Shown: positions 1 through 8,723, numbered from the stretch's first letter. The stretch: 64,000 nucleotides of DNA from Thermoleophilia bacterium (GCA_040005095.1 JBDTZN010000003.1:12089-76088), one strand, 5' to 3'. Made by a program: numbers and translations. The notes: generated by a model from the sequence alone, not told the origin.

Positions 1-1155
1 GACCGCGGTGATCACGACGACCGTGGCCGCGCCCGCCCCCACGAGCAGTGTGTTCCAGACGGTGCGGAGGGTGGCCGGCTCGTCGAGCACCGAGCCGTAG
101 TTCGAGAGCGTCAGCCGCCTGAGGTCGTCTGCAGAAGCCGCTCCGTAGAAACGCTGGAGCGAGATCCAGCCCAGGGCGAGGACGGGAAGGGCGGCGGCGA
201 CGGACACATAGATCGCGGCGGCCAGGCCGGCGGGACGCCGCCAACGCCCCAGCTCGACGCGCGTTCCGCGGAAGCCCCGTCCGCTCACTGTCTGGAACCG
301 TCTCAGGCCTCGCGTCGCGCGCACGAGCACTGCGAGCCCGATCACGCAGGGCACGAGCAGCGTCACCGAGTAGGCGGCCGCCTGCCCGACGTCGGCCGGA
401 AAGATGCTCATCGCGCGCCAGACGCGCGACGTGAAGACCCAGATGCCGGCCGGAATGCCTACGAGCGCGGGCACCTCGAATGACTCGATCGTCCTGACCA
501 GGGTGACGACCGCCGCCCCGATCAGGGCAGGACGAACGAGCGGCAAGGTCACGCGCAGCGCGACCGCTCTCGGGCGCGCGCCGCTGAGTGTCGCCGCCTC
601 CTCGAGCGCCGGGTCGACCGACGTGAAGGCGGCGGCCATGAGCAGGAAGACGAGCGGGGCCAGGTGGAACCCCTCCGCGAGCACCATGCCCGGGCCGCTG
701 TACACGTTCAGGCCGACGCCGGGGATCGCGTTCAGGAGACCGGCTCGAGGGCTCGCAAGGAAGATCCACGCGACCGTGTAGAGGACGCCCGGTATGACGA
801 GCGGGGCGACTGAGCCCAGGAAGAGGAGACGGCGACCGGGCACGTCGGTTCGCACAACGAGATACGCCGTCAACGTTCCTGCGACGACTGCGACGGCGGA
901 TGACCCGAGCGCGAACCACAGGCTGTTGAACGCGAGCGTGCCGATGCCGACCGTCGAGTACGCAGATCGGTAGTGGTCGAGCGTGAACGCCCCGTTCTCG
1001 CTGAGGCTGCGCCAGACCAGATACGCGGTCGGCACGAGCGCGAGGGCGGCGACAACCGCCGCCACGGTGCCGACGAGCACGAGCTCGCCGGGAGCCGTTC
1101 GCCTCGGCGCGCCCGCGAAAGGCCCGCGGCGTACGCTCGGCGACAGATCGGTCAT
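1..1155 (-). CDS. ABC transporter permease, two-domain Fe(3+)/thiamine type (FbpB/ThiP-like); C-terminal part lies outside the window
   Basis: Absent from the ORF track because it runs off the left edge. My minus-strand translation from ATG 1155-1153 gives MTDLSPSVRRGPFAGAPRRTAPGELVLVGTVAAVVAALALVPTAYLVW..., with an EAA-type permease loop (EEAATLSGARPRAVALRVTLPLVRPAL) and the start of a second membrane domain. The frame is open to position 1. Confidence 0.8.
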   Translation of the reverse strand, partial: MTDLSPSVRRGPFAGAPRRTAPGELVLVGTVAAVVAALALVPTAYLVWRSLSENGAFTLDHYRSAYSTVGIGTLAFNSLWFALGSSAVAVVAGTLTAYLVVRTDVPGRRLLFLGSVAPLVIPGVLYTVAWIFLASPRAGLLNAIPGVGLNVYSGPGMVLAEGFHLAPLVFLLMAAAFTSVDPALEEAATLSGARPRAVALRVTLPLVRPALIGAAVVTLVRTIESFEVPALVGIPAGIWVFTSRVWRAMSIFPADVGQAAAYSVTLLVPCVIGLAVLVRATRGLRRFQTVSGRGFRGTRVELGRWRRPAGLAAAIYVSVAAALPVLALGWISLQRFYGAASADDLRRLTLSNYGSVLDEPATLRTVWNTLLVGAGAATVVVITAV

Positions 1156-1173
1156 AGGCAGATAATCGCCAAT
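1156..1173. promoter_or_regulatory. 18-bp divergent intergenic spacer with a palindromic AT-rich core (GATAATC) lying 6-7 nt from both start codons; candidate bidirectional leaderless -10 region
   Basis: The sequence cat-AGGCAGATAATCGCCAAT-atg reads GATAAT on plus 7 nt before ATG 1174 and GATTAT on minus 6 nt before ATG 1155. Confidence 0.35.
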
Positions 1174-2307
1174 ATGGCTCGCCTCCATGCGATCCGCCCC
1201 ACCCTCAGGCGGGTCGTCCTCCTCGGCTGCGCATCCCTGCTTGCCGTAGCGGCGGCCGGCTGCGGCAACGCCGGCTCGAAGACCTCGACCGGTAAGCGCG
1301 GTTCGGCCGTGAGCGGCTTCGAGCGCACTTTCGCTCAGACGAGACCCCTGACGGGCGCAGTCAGGCTTCGCAAGCTGAAGGCGCTCGCGGCGAAGGAGGG
1401 AAAGCTCACGCTCTACTCTTCGCTCAACGGCGAGCTGCTCGACAAGCTCACCGGCGCCTTCTCGGACAAGTACGGCGTGGACGTATCGGTCTACCGTGCT
1501 TCCGACGAAGATCTAGCGCGGCGCTTGCTCGAGGAGTCGCATGCGGGCTTCCACGGCGCGGACGTCGTGGAGACGAACGGTCCTGCGATGTTCGCTTTGA
1601 ACGACGCTCACGTGCTCGTCCCCTTCGGCCCCGCCGCTGCTTCGGCGCTCGTCGCCGGTGCCAAGTATCCCGGCTGGACCACCGATCGCTTCAACACGAT
1701 GCTCGTCGCCTGGAACACGAAGCGTGTTTCTCCGGGCGAACGCCCAACCCGCTGGGAAGACCTCGCCAACCCTCGCTGGAAGGGCAGGATCGCGCTCGAG
1801 CCAGGGGATTTCGATTGGTACAAGTCGCTCCGCGACTACTGGCTGTCCACCGGAAAGACGCCGGCTCAGGCGGACAGGCTGTTCGCGGCGATCGGTCGTA
1901 ACGGCGTCGTCTTCAAGGGACATACGCTGATCGTCCAGCTACTCGGTGCCGGCGAGTTCGACCTGGCGGCTTCCGCTTTCAGGCATCTCGTGCGGAACTC
2001 GGAAGCGGCGGGCGCGCCGGTCGCGTGGTCGCCTCCCGTGGAGCCCGTCTTTTCGCGCCCGGCGGGTGTCGCTCTCGTGCGCGGTTCCGAGCATCCGGCG
2101 GCCGCGATGGTCTTCGCGGAATGGTTGCTCTCCGACGGCCAGGAGCTCTACGGCGGCCTCGACCTCGAGCCGGCGCGTGCCGATCTGGCGCGCAAGCTGC
2201 CAGGGCGGAGGATCGTCGTCGACCTCCGGAGTCTGAGCGCAACCCAGCAGCGGTGGAGCGACATGTACGACCGCGTCGTCGCGCGCGCGGGCGGGGTCGG
2301 AAAGTAG
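1174..2307 (+). CDS. ABC transporter substrate-binding lipoprotein (family 1, Fe(3+)-type)
   Basis: Internal ATG of track ORF 973-2307 (residue 68). It gives MARLHAIRPTLRRVVLLGCASLLAVAAAGCGN, a lipoprotein signal with lipobox Cys. The periplasmic-binding-protein-like body is divergent from the permease gene. Confidence 0.8.
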   Translation: MARLHAIRPTLRRVVLLGCASLLAVAAAGCGNAGSKTSTGKRGSAVSGFERTFAQTRPLTGAVRLRKLKALAAKEGKLTLYSSLNGELLDKLTGAFSDKYGVDVSVYRASDEDLARRLLEESHAGFHGADVVETNGPAMFALNDAHVLVPFGPAAASALVAGAKYPGWTTDRFNTMLVAWNTKRVSPGERPTRWEDLANPRWKGRIALEPGDFDWYKSLRDYWLSTGKTPAQADRLFAAIGRNGVVFKGHTLIVQLLGAGEFDLAASAFRHLVRNSEAAGAPVAWSPPVEPVFSRPAGVALVRGSEHPAAAMVFAEWLLSDGQELYGGLDLEPARADLARKLPGRRIVVDLRSLSATQQRWSDMYDRVVARAGGVGK

Positions 2308-2309
2308 GC

Positions 2310-3149
2310 GTGGCCACCTTCCGCTACGCCGTCGCGGACGTTTTCACCAACCGGCCCCTCAGCGGCAATCAGGTCGCGGTCTTCACCGATGCTCGCGAGG
2401 TTCCCGAGAACTCGCTTCAGGCGATCGCGCGGGAGATGAACTACTCGGAGAGCGTGTTCGTCTATCCGCCCGAAGCCGGAGGCCACGTCCGGATTCGGAT
2501 CTTCACTCCGACGCTCGAGCTCCCCTTTGCCGGCCATCCCATCCTCGGCACCTCCTTCGTGCTCGGCGGCCCGCTGCAGCTCGGCGTGATCGTGATCGAG
2601 ACGCCGGCCGGGCTTGTACCGGTGGAGTTGGAGCGGGAGGGAGCGAGGATCGTTTTCGGACGAATGACGCAGCCGATCCCGACGTGGCGGCCGTTCGAGC
2701 GCGAGGGCGACCTGCTGCGTGCGCTCGGCGTCGAGCGCTCGGAGCTCCCGGTGGAGGTCTACGACCTCGGGCCCACGCACGTCTACGTTGTGCTCGGCTC
2801 GCGGGAGGAGGTGGCTGCGCTCGACCCCGACCTGCCCGCGCTCGCAGAGCTAGAGGTGGGGGCCAACTGCGTGGCCGGCTCCGGCGCGCGGTGGAAGACG
2901 CGCATGTTCGCGCCGTTCCACGGCGTCGCCGAGGATCCCGCCACCGGCTCGGCTGCAGGCCCGCTCGCCGTGCATCTCGCGCGCCACGGCCGCATCGCGT
3001 TCGGCGACGAGATCGAGATCGAGCAGGGCGCCGAGATCCAGCGGCCGTCGAAGCTGTTCGCCAGGGCCGACGGTTCCGCGGAGAAGATCGAGCACGTCGA
3101 GGTCGGCGGCTCGGCGGTGCTGGTCGCGCGCGGCGACCTGCAGATCTAG
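2310..3149 (+). CDS. PhzF-family isomerase
   Basis: The GTG at 2310 follows the upstream TAG. The product VATFRYAVADVFTNRPLSGNQVAVFTDA...HPILGTSFVL...EDPATGSAAGPLAVHL is typical of the PhzF/YddE family. The upstream part of the track ORF is Arg-rich shadow. Confidence 0.85.
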   Translation: MATFRYAVADVFTNRPLSGNQVAVFTDAREVPENSLQAIAREMNYSESVFVYPPEAGGHVRIRIFTPTLELPFAGHPILGTSFVLGGPLQLGVIVIETPAGLVPVELEREGARIVFGRMTQPIPTWRPFEREGDLLRALGVERSELPVEVYDLGPTHVYVVLGSREEVAALDPDLPALAELEVGANCVAGSGARWKTRMFAPFHGVAEDPATGSAAGPLAVHLARHGRIAFGDEIEIEQGAEIQRPSKLFARADGSAEKIEHVEVGGSAVLVARGDLQI

Positions 3150-3541
3150 CCCCGCAGTTCGACCGCGAGAATCTCGGGCAGCTCGAGCGTCAGTGCGCGC
3201 CAGAAGCGGCCGCCGTCCCGTGAGAGGAAGAGGCGGTTGCGGGCCGCGAAGAGAACGACGTCCGGATCGTCCTCGTCGATCGCCACAGCGACTCCGCGGG
3301 GGAGTCCGCCTCCCCGCTCGCGCCAGGTGCGACCCGCGTCGTGGGACACGGCGAGCGGAGGGCGGCGATCGACGATCGCGACGACGGTCGAGCCCACGGC
3401 GGCCACGGCAACGATCAGGGGAAGCGAGAGCTTCGGCGTCTCCGGGCGCTCGAGCCGTTCGTCCGCTGTGAAGTCGAGCAGCTCTTCCTCGTCGAGATCG
3501 ACCTCGAAAACGCCGTCGGCGGTCTCGACCGCTGCTTTCAC
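3146..3541 (-). CDS. Small membrane-anchored protein with two BNR/Asp-box motifs
   Basis: GTG 3541 overlaps the kinase stop (GTGA). It has one hydrophobic helix (LSLPLIVAVAAVGSTVVAIV) and Asp-boxes SHDAGRTW and SRDGGRFW (consensus S-x-D-x-G-x-T-W). Confidence 0.6.
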   Translation of the reverse strand: MKAAVETADGVFEVDLDEEELLDFTADERLERPETPKLSLPLIVAVAAVGSTVVAIVDRRPPLAVSHDAGRTWRERGGGLPRGVAVAIDEDDPDVVLFAARNRLFLSRDGGRFWRALTLELPEILAVELRG

Positions 3542-4353
3542 CGTGCCCGCCTGCCGAGCAACTCGCCGACCAGGGCAGTCGCGCGGCGCGCGGAGGCGAG
3601 CGGCGACTGGCCGCCCGCCCGCCCGGCCAGGTAGGCCGCTGCGAACGCATCCCCGGCGCCGGTCGGGTCGACCCGGTCTTTCGCGGCTCGCGCGGCCACC
3701 TGCTCCAGTCGCCCCCCTGCCAGGACGAGCGAACCGCGCGAGCCGAGCGTGACGACGACCTCGGGCACGCCGAGGCTCGCGAGCGAGGCCTCGTCCACGT
3801 CGCCGACGAGCACCCGCGCCTCCTCCTCGGCCAGCTTCAGGATCGAGACGGATCTGAGCAGGTCGGGGTCGAACTCGGCGTCGAGCTGCAGCGGGCCGAC
3901 CTCCGGGCGTCGCACGAGCCCCTGCCCGTCGAACGAGACCCGGCGACCGCGGGCAAGCTCGGCCAGCGTGTCGGCGGGAAAATCCGAGCGGAGGAGCGGC
4001 GCGGCGTGAACCCAGTCGCTGCGGCCGACCGCATCCCGGACCCAGCCACGAACATCGTCGGGCGTCCACGGATCGCCGACGGCCTCGACGCGCATCAGGC
4101 GCTGCTCGCCCTCGTAGTGGAAAGAAAATGTCGTCGTCACGGCGCAGGCGCGCCACGTCACGGGGATCCCGAGCGCGGAAAGCTTCGGCAGGAACGCCGC
4201 GCGGTCGTCGCGCGAGCAGCGCACGGCAAGCGCCGCGCGCCGCCCGAGCAGACGCAGAGCGCCGGCCGCGTAGTACGGCCCCCCACCGACGCGCGGCGGA
4301 GCGCGCCCGACGACGTCGCGCGAGAGATTCCCGATCACGCCGAGCGGCCGCAC
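3538..4353 (-). CDS. PfkB-family (ribokinase-like) kinase
   Basis: The C-terminal signature DPTGAGDAFAAAYLAG and N-terminal GVIGNLSRDVV match the family. I chose GTG 4353, 15 nt after the permease stop. The Arg-rich N-terminal 230 aa of track ORF 3538-5061 overlaps the permease gene and is rejected. Confidence 0.85.
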   Translation of the reverse strand: MRPLGVIGNLSRDVVGRAPPRVGGGPYYAAGALRLLGRRAALAVRCSRDDRAAFLPKLSALGIPVTWRACAVTTTFSFHYEGEQRLMRVEAVGDPWTPDDVRGWVRDAVGRSDWVHAAPLLRSDFPADTLAELARGRRVSFDGQGLVRRPEVGPLQLDAEFDPDLLRSVSILKLAEEEARVLVGDVDEASLASLGVPEVVVTLGSRGSLVLAGGRLEQVAARAAKDRVDPTGAGDAFAAAYLAGRAGGQSPLASARRATALVGELLGRRAR

Positions 4354-4367
4354 AGCCGTAGTTTCGG

Positions 4368-5696
4368 CTACGCGAGCGCGACGCGGCGGCGTGTGACGGA
4401 GCCCACGGCAAGTGCGAGCACGAAGGCGGTGCCGAAGCTCGGCAGCGACGCGCCGCCGAAGGGCAGGGCGCTCGGGTGGAAGTGCTCCACGATGCTGGTC
4501 CACCACGACGGGCCGACCGGCGCGAGCCACTGGTAGAGCGCGAAGCCGGCGAGCCACGACGCGATCAGCTCGGGCCGCACTGCCGGCCCGTCGAAGAGCA
4601 CGTCCACGTCGTAGTGCCGGCCGGCGAGCAGCCAGTCCGCGAGCAGGACGCCGAAGAGCGGGACGAAGAATGAGCCGAGCAGGAACAGGAAGTCCTGGTA
4701 GTTCCGCAGGTCGATCACGAGCGCCCCGGCCGTCGCGACCGCGGCCACGCCCGCGATGAGCAGCCGCTGGGGGGCGCGCGGGAACGCGTTCTGCAAGGAC
4801 ACGGCTCCCGAGTAGACGTTCGCGAACGCCTCGTCGCTCTCGTCCACGGTCAGGGCGAGCAGGGCCAGGATCGACGCCAGGCCGCCGGCCGCGACCACTG
4901 CGGGAATCGCGGCCGCGTCGCCGAGGTCGCGTGTCAGCAGGAGGATCGCGCCGAGCAAGAACAGGCCCACGGTCGGCAGGAGGTATCCGATCGCGACGCC
5001 CCAGAAGGCGCTGCGCCGGTCGCGTGCGAAACGGGTGTAGTCCGCTGCGAGCGGCGTCCACGAGACGATGCTCGCGAGCACGAGGTCGACGCCCGGCCAG
5101 AACGCATCATGCCCGGTCCCCGGCTTCGACCAAACCGCGCCGACGTGCTGCCCGTGAACGGCCCACCACGCCAGGTACGCGAGCGAGGCGACGACGACGT
5201 AGACGGCGAACTTGCGGACGTAGCGGCGCACGAACCCGACCGGGCCGACGAAGGCGAGGGCCGTCGCGATCGCGCCCATCGCGACCGTCCAGAGCGGCTT
5301 GCCGCCGAAGCCGAAGACCTCTTGCGAGAGCGCGCTCGCCGCGGTGGCGATGATGATCAACTCGAAGACCGACCAGCCGAGGCATTGCAGGACGTTGAGC
5401 GCAGTGGGGACGAGCGACCCGCGTCGTCCGAGCGGCGCGCGCAACACGACCATCGCCGGCACGCGCGCGTCGGCGCCGATCATCCCTGCGACGCCGAGCA
5501 TCGCGTTGCCGACGATGCCCGCGACGAGGATCGCAGCGAACGCCCCGCCGAGCGAGAGCGCCGGGACGAGGAACGCGCCGGCGACGATCACGAGCAGCGA
5601 GACGGACAGGTTGCCCCAGAGCAGGAACGTGTCCAGGAACCCGAGCACGCGCAAGCGCTCCGGAACGGGCTCGATTCCCCAGTTAGGCGTCGCCAT
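4368..5696 (-). CDS. NCS1 (purine-cytosine permease/CytX-like) transporter
   Basis: A 442-aa polytopic membrane protein (MATPNWGIEPVPERLRVLGFLDTFLLWGNLSVSLLV...). It lies directly downstream of a TPP riboswitch. Confidence 0.85.
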   Translation of the reverse strand: MATPNWGIEPVPERLRVLGFLDTFLLWGNLSVSLLVIVAGAFLVPALSLGGAFAAILVAGIVGNAMLGVAGMIGADARVPAMVVLRAPLGRRGSLVPTALNVLQCLGWSVFELIIIATAASALSQEVFGFGGKPLWTVAMGAIATALAFVGPVGFVRRYVRKFAVYVVVASLAYLAWWAVHGQHVGAVWSKPGTGHDAFWPGVDLVLASIVSWTPLAADYTRFARDRRSAFWGVAIGYLLPTVGLFLLGAILLLTRDLGDAAAIPAVVAAGGLASILALLALTVDESDEAFANVYSGAVSLQNAFPRAPQRLLIAGVAAVATAGALVIDLRNYQDFLFLLGSFFVPLFGVLLADWLLAGRHYDVDVLFDGPAVRPELIASWLAGFALYQWLAPVGPSWWTSIVEHFHPSALPFGGASLPSFGTAFVLALAVGSVTRRRVALA

Positions 5697-5697
5697 T

Positions 5698-5783
5698 CGC
5701 GCTCCCTTCGCCGGTACGAACCGGATCAGGTTCTACGGGTGTGATCTCAGCCCCGAGCGGGGCACCCCGGTCACCGGAACTCT
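5698..5783 (-). promoter_or_regulatory. TPP (THI-box) riboswitch in the 5' leader of the NCS1 permease operon
   Basis: The minus-strand RNA reads CCGGGGUGCCCCGCUCGGGGCUGAGAUCACACCCGUAGAACCUGAUCCGGUUCGUACCGGCGAAGGGAGCGCGAAUG. It carries the conserved GGGGUGC, CUGAGA, ACCC, AACCUGAUC-GG and GCGAAGGGA blocks. The GGGAG Shine-Dalgarno lies inside the 3' conserved block, 5 nt before the AUG. Confidence 0.85.
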
Positions 5784-5801
5784 AGCGATAGTGATGCACA
5801 G

Positions 5802-5819
5802 GTAATGCCTATGCATTAC
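5802..5819. promoter_or_regulatory. AT-rich inverted repeat GTAATGC-N4-GCATTAC, 11 nt upstream of the ModE-like gene; candidate operator/promoter element
   Basis: Seen directly in the sequence. Flanking ATGCA repeats lie at about 5794 and 5811. This is the lowest-GC stretch of the divergent intergenic region. Confidence 0.35.
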
Positions 5820-5829
5820 TCTCACGGAG

Positions 5830-6204
5830 ATGGCGAAAGCTGTGTACACGGCCGGCGAGGCAGCCCGGGCTCTCGGCGTCAGTCTCGACACCCTGCGGCG
5901 CTGGGACCGGCAGGGACGCATCCGCGTCACGCGTGACACCGCGAACCGGCGCGTCGTCTCGGCCAGGGAAATCGAACGGCTGCGCGGCTCCGAGAGCCAC
6001 GGGTTGAGCGCTCGCAACCGGCTGTCCGGAGTGGTCGAGTCTGTGCGCGTCGACGGCCTGCTCGCCGAGGTGAAGATCGCGGTCACCGAGCCGGCGTCGA
6101 TCACGGCGATCGTCACTGCAGACGCCGTCGCCGACCTCGGGCTCGAACCCGGGATGCCGGCTTCCGCAGTCGTGAAGTCGACGTCGATCATGGTCGAGCG
6201 ATGA
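5830..6204 (+). CDS. MerR/excisionase-type HTH plus TOBE (molybdate-binding) domain regulator, ModE-like
   Basis: The N-terminus YTAGEAARALGVSLDTLRRWDRQGRI is the HTH. The C-terminal SARNRLSGVVESVRVDGLLAEVKIAV...AVVKSTSIMVE is a TOBE/Mop-like fold. An ATGA overlap joins it to modA. Confidence 0.8.
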   Translation: MAKAVYTAGEAARALGVSLDTLRRWDRQGRIRVTRDTANRRVVSAREIERLRGSESHGLSARNRLSGVVESVRVDGLLAEVKIAVTEPASITAIVTADAVADLGLEPGMPASAVVKSTSIMVER

Positions 6205-6923
6205 GGCTCGTACTCGTCGCGGCGCTAGCGACTGGGCTCGCGCTCCCGAGTGCCACGACGGCCGCATCCCCGATCACCGTCTTTGCGGCGGCCTCGCTGA
6301 CCGCCGTGTTCCCGCGAATCGCGCCCGCGGCCCGGTACAGCTTCGCCGGCTCCGACCAGCTCGCGCTCCAGCTCCAGCAGGGTGCGCCCGCAGACGTCTA
6401 CGCCGCCGCGAGCCCGAAGTATCCCGAGCTGCTGTACCACCAGGGCCTCGTGCGGAAGCCCGTCGTATTCGCGACGAACCGGCTCGTCCTGATCGTCCCG
6501 CGCAACAATCCGGCCCGGATCGGCTCGGTCTACGACCTGCGGCGCAGCGGAATCAAGCTCGTGATCGGCGACAAGGGCGTTCCGATCGGAGCGTATACGC
6601 GGCAGATTCTCGACACGATCGGGATCTCGGCCGACGTGCTGAAGAACGTCGTGAGCGAGGAGACCGACGTGAAGGGGATCGTCGGGAAGGTCGCGCTCGG
6701 GGAGGCGGACGTCGGGTTCGTCTATGCGACCGACGCGCGACCGGTTGCGAGTCGCGTCAAGGTCGTCCCGCTGCCCGCGTGGGCACAGCCGCCGATTCGC
6801 TACGAGATCGCGGTTGTGAAGGGCGGCCGCGAGCCGGCGGCGCGCGGCTTCGTTGCGCGGGTCACTGGGAAGGCCGGCCGTGCGGTCATGAGCAAGGCCG
6901 GTTTCGGGCTGCCGAAGGGATGA
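6201..6923 (+). CDS. modA: Molybdate ABC transporter substrate-binding protein
   Basis: It has a signal peptide, then ITVFAAASL...AGSDQLALQLQQGAPADVYAAASPKY...GFVYATDA, typical of ModA. The operon context includes modB and modC. Confidence 0.9.
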   Translation: MRLVLVAALATGLALPSATTAASPITVFAAASLTAVFPRIAPAARYSFAGSDQLALQLQQGAPADVYAAASPKYPELLYHQGLVRKPVVFATNRLVLIVPRNNPARIGSVYDLRRSGIKLVIGDKGVPIGAYTRQILDTIGISADVLKNVVSEETDVKGIVGKVALGEADVGFVYATDARPVASRVKVVPLPAWAQPPIRYEIAVVKGGREPAARGFVARVTGKAGRAVMSKAGFGLPKG

Positions 6924-7732
6924 GGGCGCTCGCAGGCTTGGCGCTTGCGGTCGCGCTGGCGTTTCTGATCGTCCCCGTCGCCGCGCTCTTCCTGCGCGTC
7001 CCGCCGGGCGACCTGATCGCTGCCCTCGGGAGCGGCGTCTTCCGCGACGCGCTGGTCGTGAGCCTGAAGACGAGCGCGATCGCGCATCTCGCGGTGTTGG
7101 TCGTGGGCACGCCGGCGGCGTACGTCCTGGCGCGACGGCGCTTCCTCGGGCGCGGGCTCGTCCTCACGGTAATCGAGCTTCCGCTCGTGCTCCCGCCCGC
7201 GGTCGCGGGGATCGCACTGCTTGCCGCGTTCGGCCGCTACCAGCTGCTCGGCGGGACACTGAGCGCGCTCGGGATCTCCGTCGGGTTCACGCAGCTCGCC
7301 GTGATCCTCGCGGTCGCGTTCGTCGAGAGCCCGTTCTATCTTCGGGGAGCTGTCGCCGCGTTCGAAGCGGTGGACGGCACGCTGGTCGATGCGGCCCGGA
7401 CGCTCGGCGCCCCGCCGGCGCGCGTGTTCTTCCGTGTCGCGCTCCCGCTGGCTGCCGGTGGGCTCGGCGCAGCGTCGGCCCTCGCTTTGGCCCGGGGCCT
7501 CGGCGAGTTCGGCGCCACGATCATCTTCGCGGGGAGCCTGCAGGGCGTCACTCAGACCCTCCCGCTTGCGATCTACGCGCAGTTCGAGCAGGACTTTGAC
7601 CTTGCCCTCGCGATCGGCGCTTTGTTTGTCCTGCTGGGTGCCGTTCTGCTCCTCTTCCTCAAGTTGGTGCCCGGATGGACGCGCTCGAGCTCGAGCTCAC
7701 CGTTCCGCTTCGCTCCTTCGCGCTCGAGCTAG
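6920..7732 (+). CDS. modB: Molybdate ABC transporter permease
   Basis: ATG 6920 overlaps the modA stop (ATGA). The product has an EAA loop (VDAARTLGAPPARVFFRVALPLAAGGL). The 3' end overlaps modC by about 58 nt. Confidence 0.9.
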   Translation: MRALAGLALAVALAFLIVPVAALFLRVPPGDLIAALGSGVFRDALVVSLKTSAIAHLAVLVVGTPAAYVLARRRFLGRGLVLTVIELPLVLPPAVAGIALLAAFGRYQLLGGTLSALGISVGFTQLAVILAVAFVESPFYLRGAVAAFEAVDGTLVDAARTLGAPPARVFFRVALPLAAGGLGAASALALARGLGEFGATIIFAGSLQGVTQTLPLAIYAQFEQDFDLALAIGALFVLLGAVLLLFLKLVPGWTRSSSSSPFRFAPSRSS

Positions 7733-8700
7733 CGCTCGCGGCGGGCGCGGAGACTGTCGCGCTCGTCGGGCCGTCGGGTGCTGGGAAGACGACGCTGCTG
7801 CGTGCGGTTGCGGGGCTCGTGCGGCCCGCGCGTGGCCGTATCGCCTGCGGCGGCCGGGTCTGGTTCGACGGTGCCGGCGGTGTCGATCTCAGAGTGGAGG
7901 AACGCTCCGTCGGCTTCGTTTTTCAGGAATACGCGCTCTTCCCGCATCTCAACGTCGAGCGGAACGTCGCCTTCGGCGGCGCGCGCGACGGCATCCTCGC
8001 GCGGCTAGGGATTGCGCACCTGGCCAAGGCGCGGCCCGCGGACCTCTCTGGCGGCGAGCGCCAACGGGTTGCGCTTGCGCGCGCGCTCGCGCGAGGGCCG
8101 GAGGTGCTGCTGCTCGACGAGCCGATGGCCGCGCTCGACCCGCATACGCGCGGATCGGTGCGTGCCGAGCTGCACCAGCTCCTGCGCGAGCTCGAGCTGC
8201 CGGTGCTCCTCGTCACGCACGACTTCGAGGACGCCTGCTCGCTCGCCGAACGCGTCGGCGTGCTGGTCGACGGCCGGCTCCTCCAGCTCGCCACGCCCGA
8301 CGAGCTGCTGGCCGCTCCGGCCGACGCCTTCGTGGCGAGCTTCGCGGGCGGGAACGTCCTGCGCGGACACGTCAGGGGTCTGACCCCGGATGGCGCCCTG
8401 ACGGAGGTGACGCTCGCGGATGGGACGCTCGTGTACTCGACGGACCGGAGGGCGGCCGGCGAGGTCGCTCTGGTCGTGTATCCCTGGGCGGTCTCGGTCG
8501 CGCGCGAGGCCCCGGCCGACTCGGCGTTGAACCATGTCCGCGGCGAGATCGGGTCGCTCGTCACCATTGGCAATCGGGTGCGGGCTCGCGTCGGTCCGCT
8601 CACCGCCGAGGTCACGGTGGCATCCGTCGAGCGCCTCGGGCTCCGCGCCGGCGATCGCGTAGTCGCGAGCTTCAAGGCGACCGCAACCAGGCTCCTGTAG
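7675..8700 (+). CDS. modC: Molybdate ABC transporter ATP-binding protein with C-terminal TOBE domain
   Basis: It has Walker A GPSGAGKTT, the signature LSGGERQRVALARAL, Walker B LLLDEP and a C-terminal TOBE-like beta region. Confidence 0.9.
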   Translation: MDALELELTVPLRSFALELALAAGAETVALVGPSGAGKTTLLRAVAGLVRPARGRIACGGRVWFDGAGGVDLRVEERSVGFVFQEYALFPHLNVERNVAFGGARDGILARLGIAHLAKARPADLSGGERQRVALARALARGPEVLLLDEPMAALDPHTRGSVRAELHQLLRELELPVLLVTHDFEDACSLAERVGVLVDGRLLQLATPDELLAAPADAFVASFAGGNVLRGHVRGLTPDGALTEVTLADGTLVYSTDRRAAGEVALVVYPWAVSVAREAPADSALNHVRGEIGSLVTIGNRVRARVGPLTAEVTVASVERLGLRAGDRVVASFKATATRLL

Positions 8701-8723
8701 CCCGCCGAATAGGATCGCGGCAG

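Noticed and set aside
5698-5830. Possibility of a molybdenum-cofactor riboswitch in front of the mod operon
   Set aside because: The space between the TPP riboswitch (opposite strand) and the ModE-like ATG is only about 45 nt and AT-rich, too short for a Moco RNA motif. Regulation is more plausibly by the HTH-TOBE protein.
7389-8723. N-terminal 445 residues of the 725-aa track ORF 7389-9566
   Set aside because: This stretch overlaps modB and modC in another frame and is Arg/Ala-rich. The real gene begins at ATG 8724 with a lipoprotein signal peptide.
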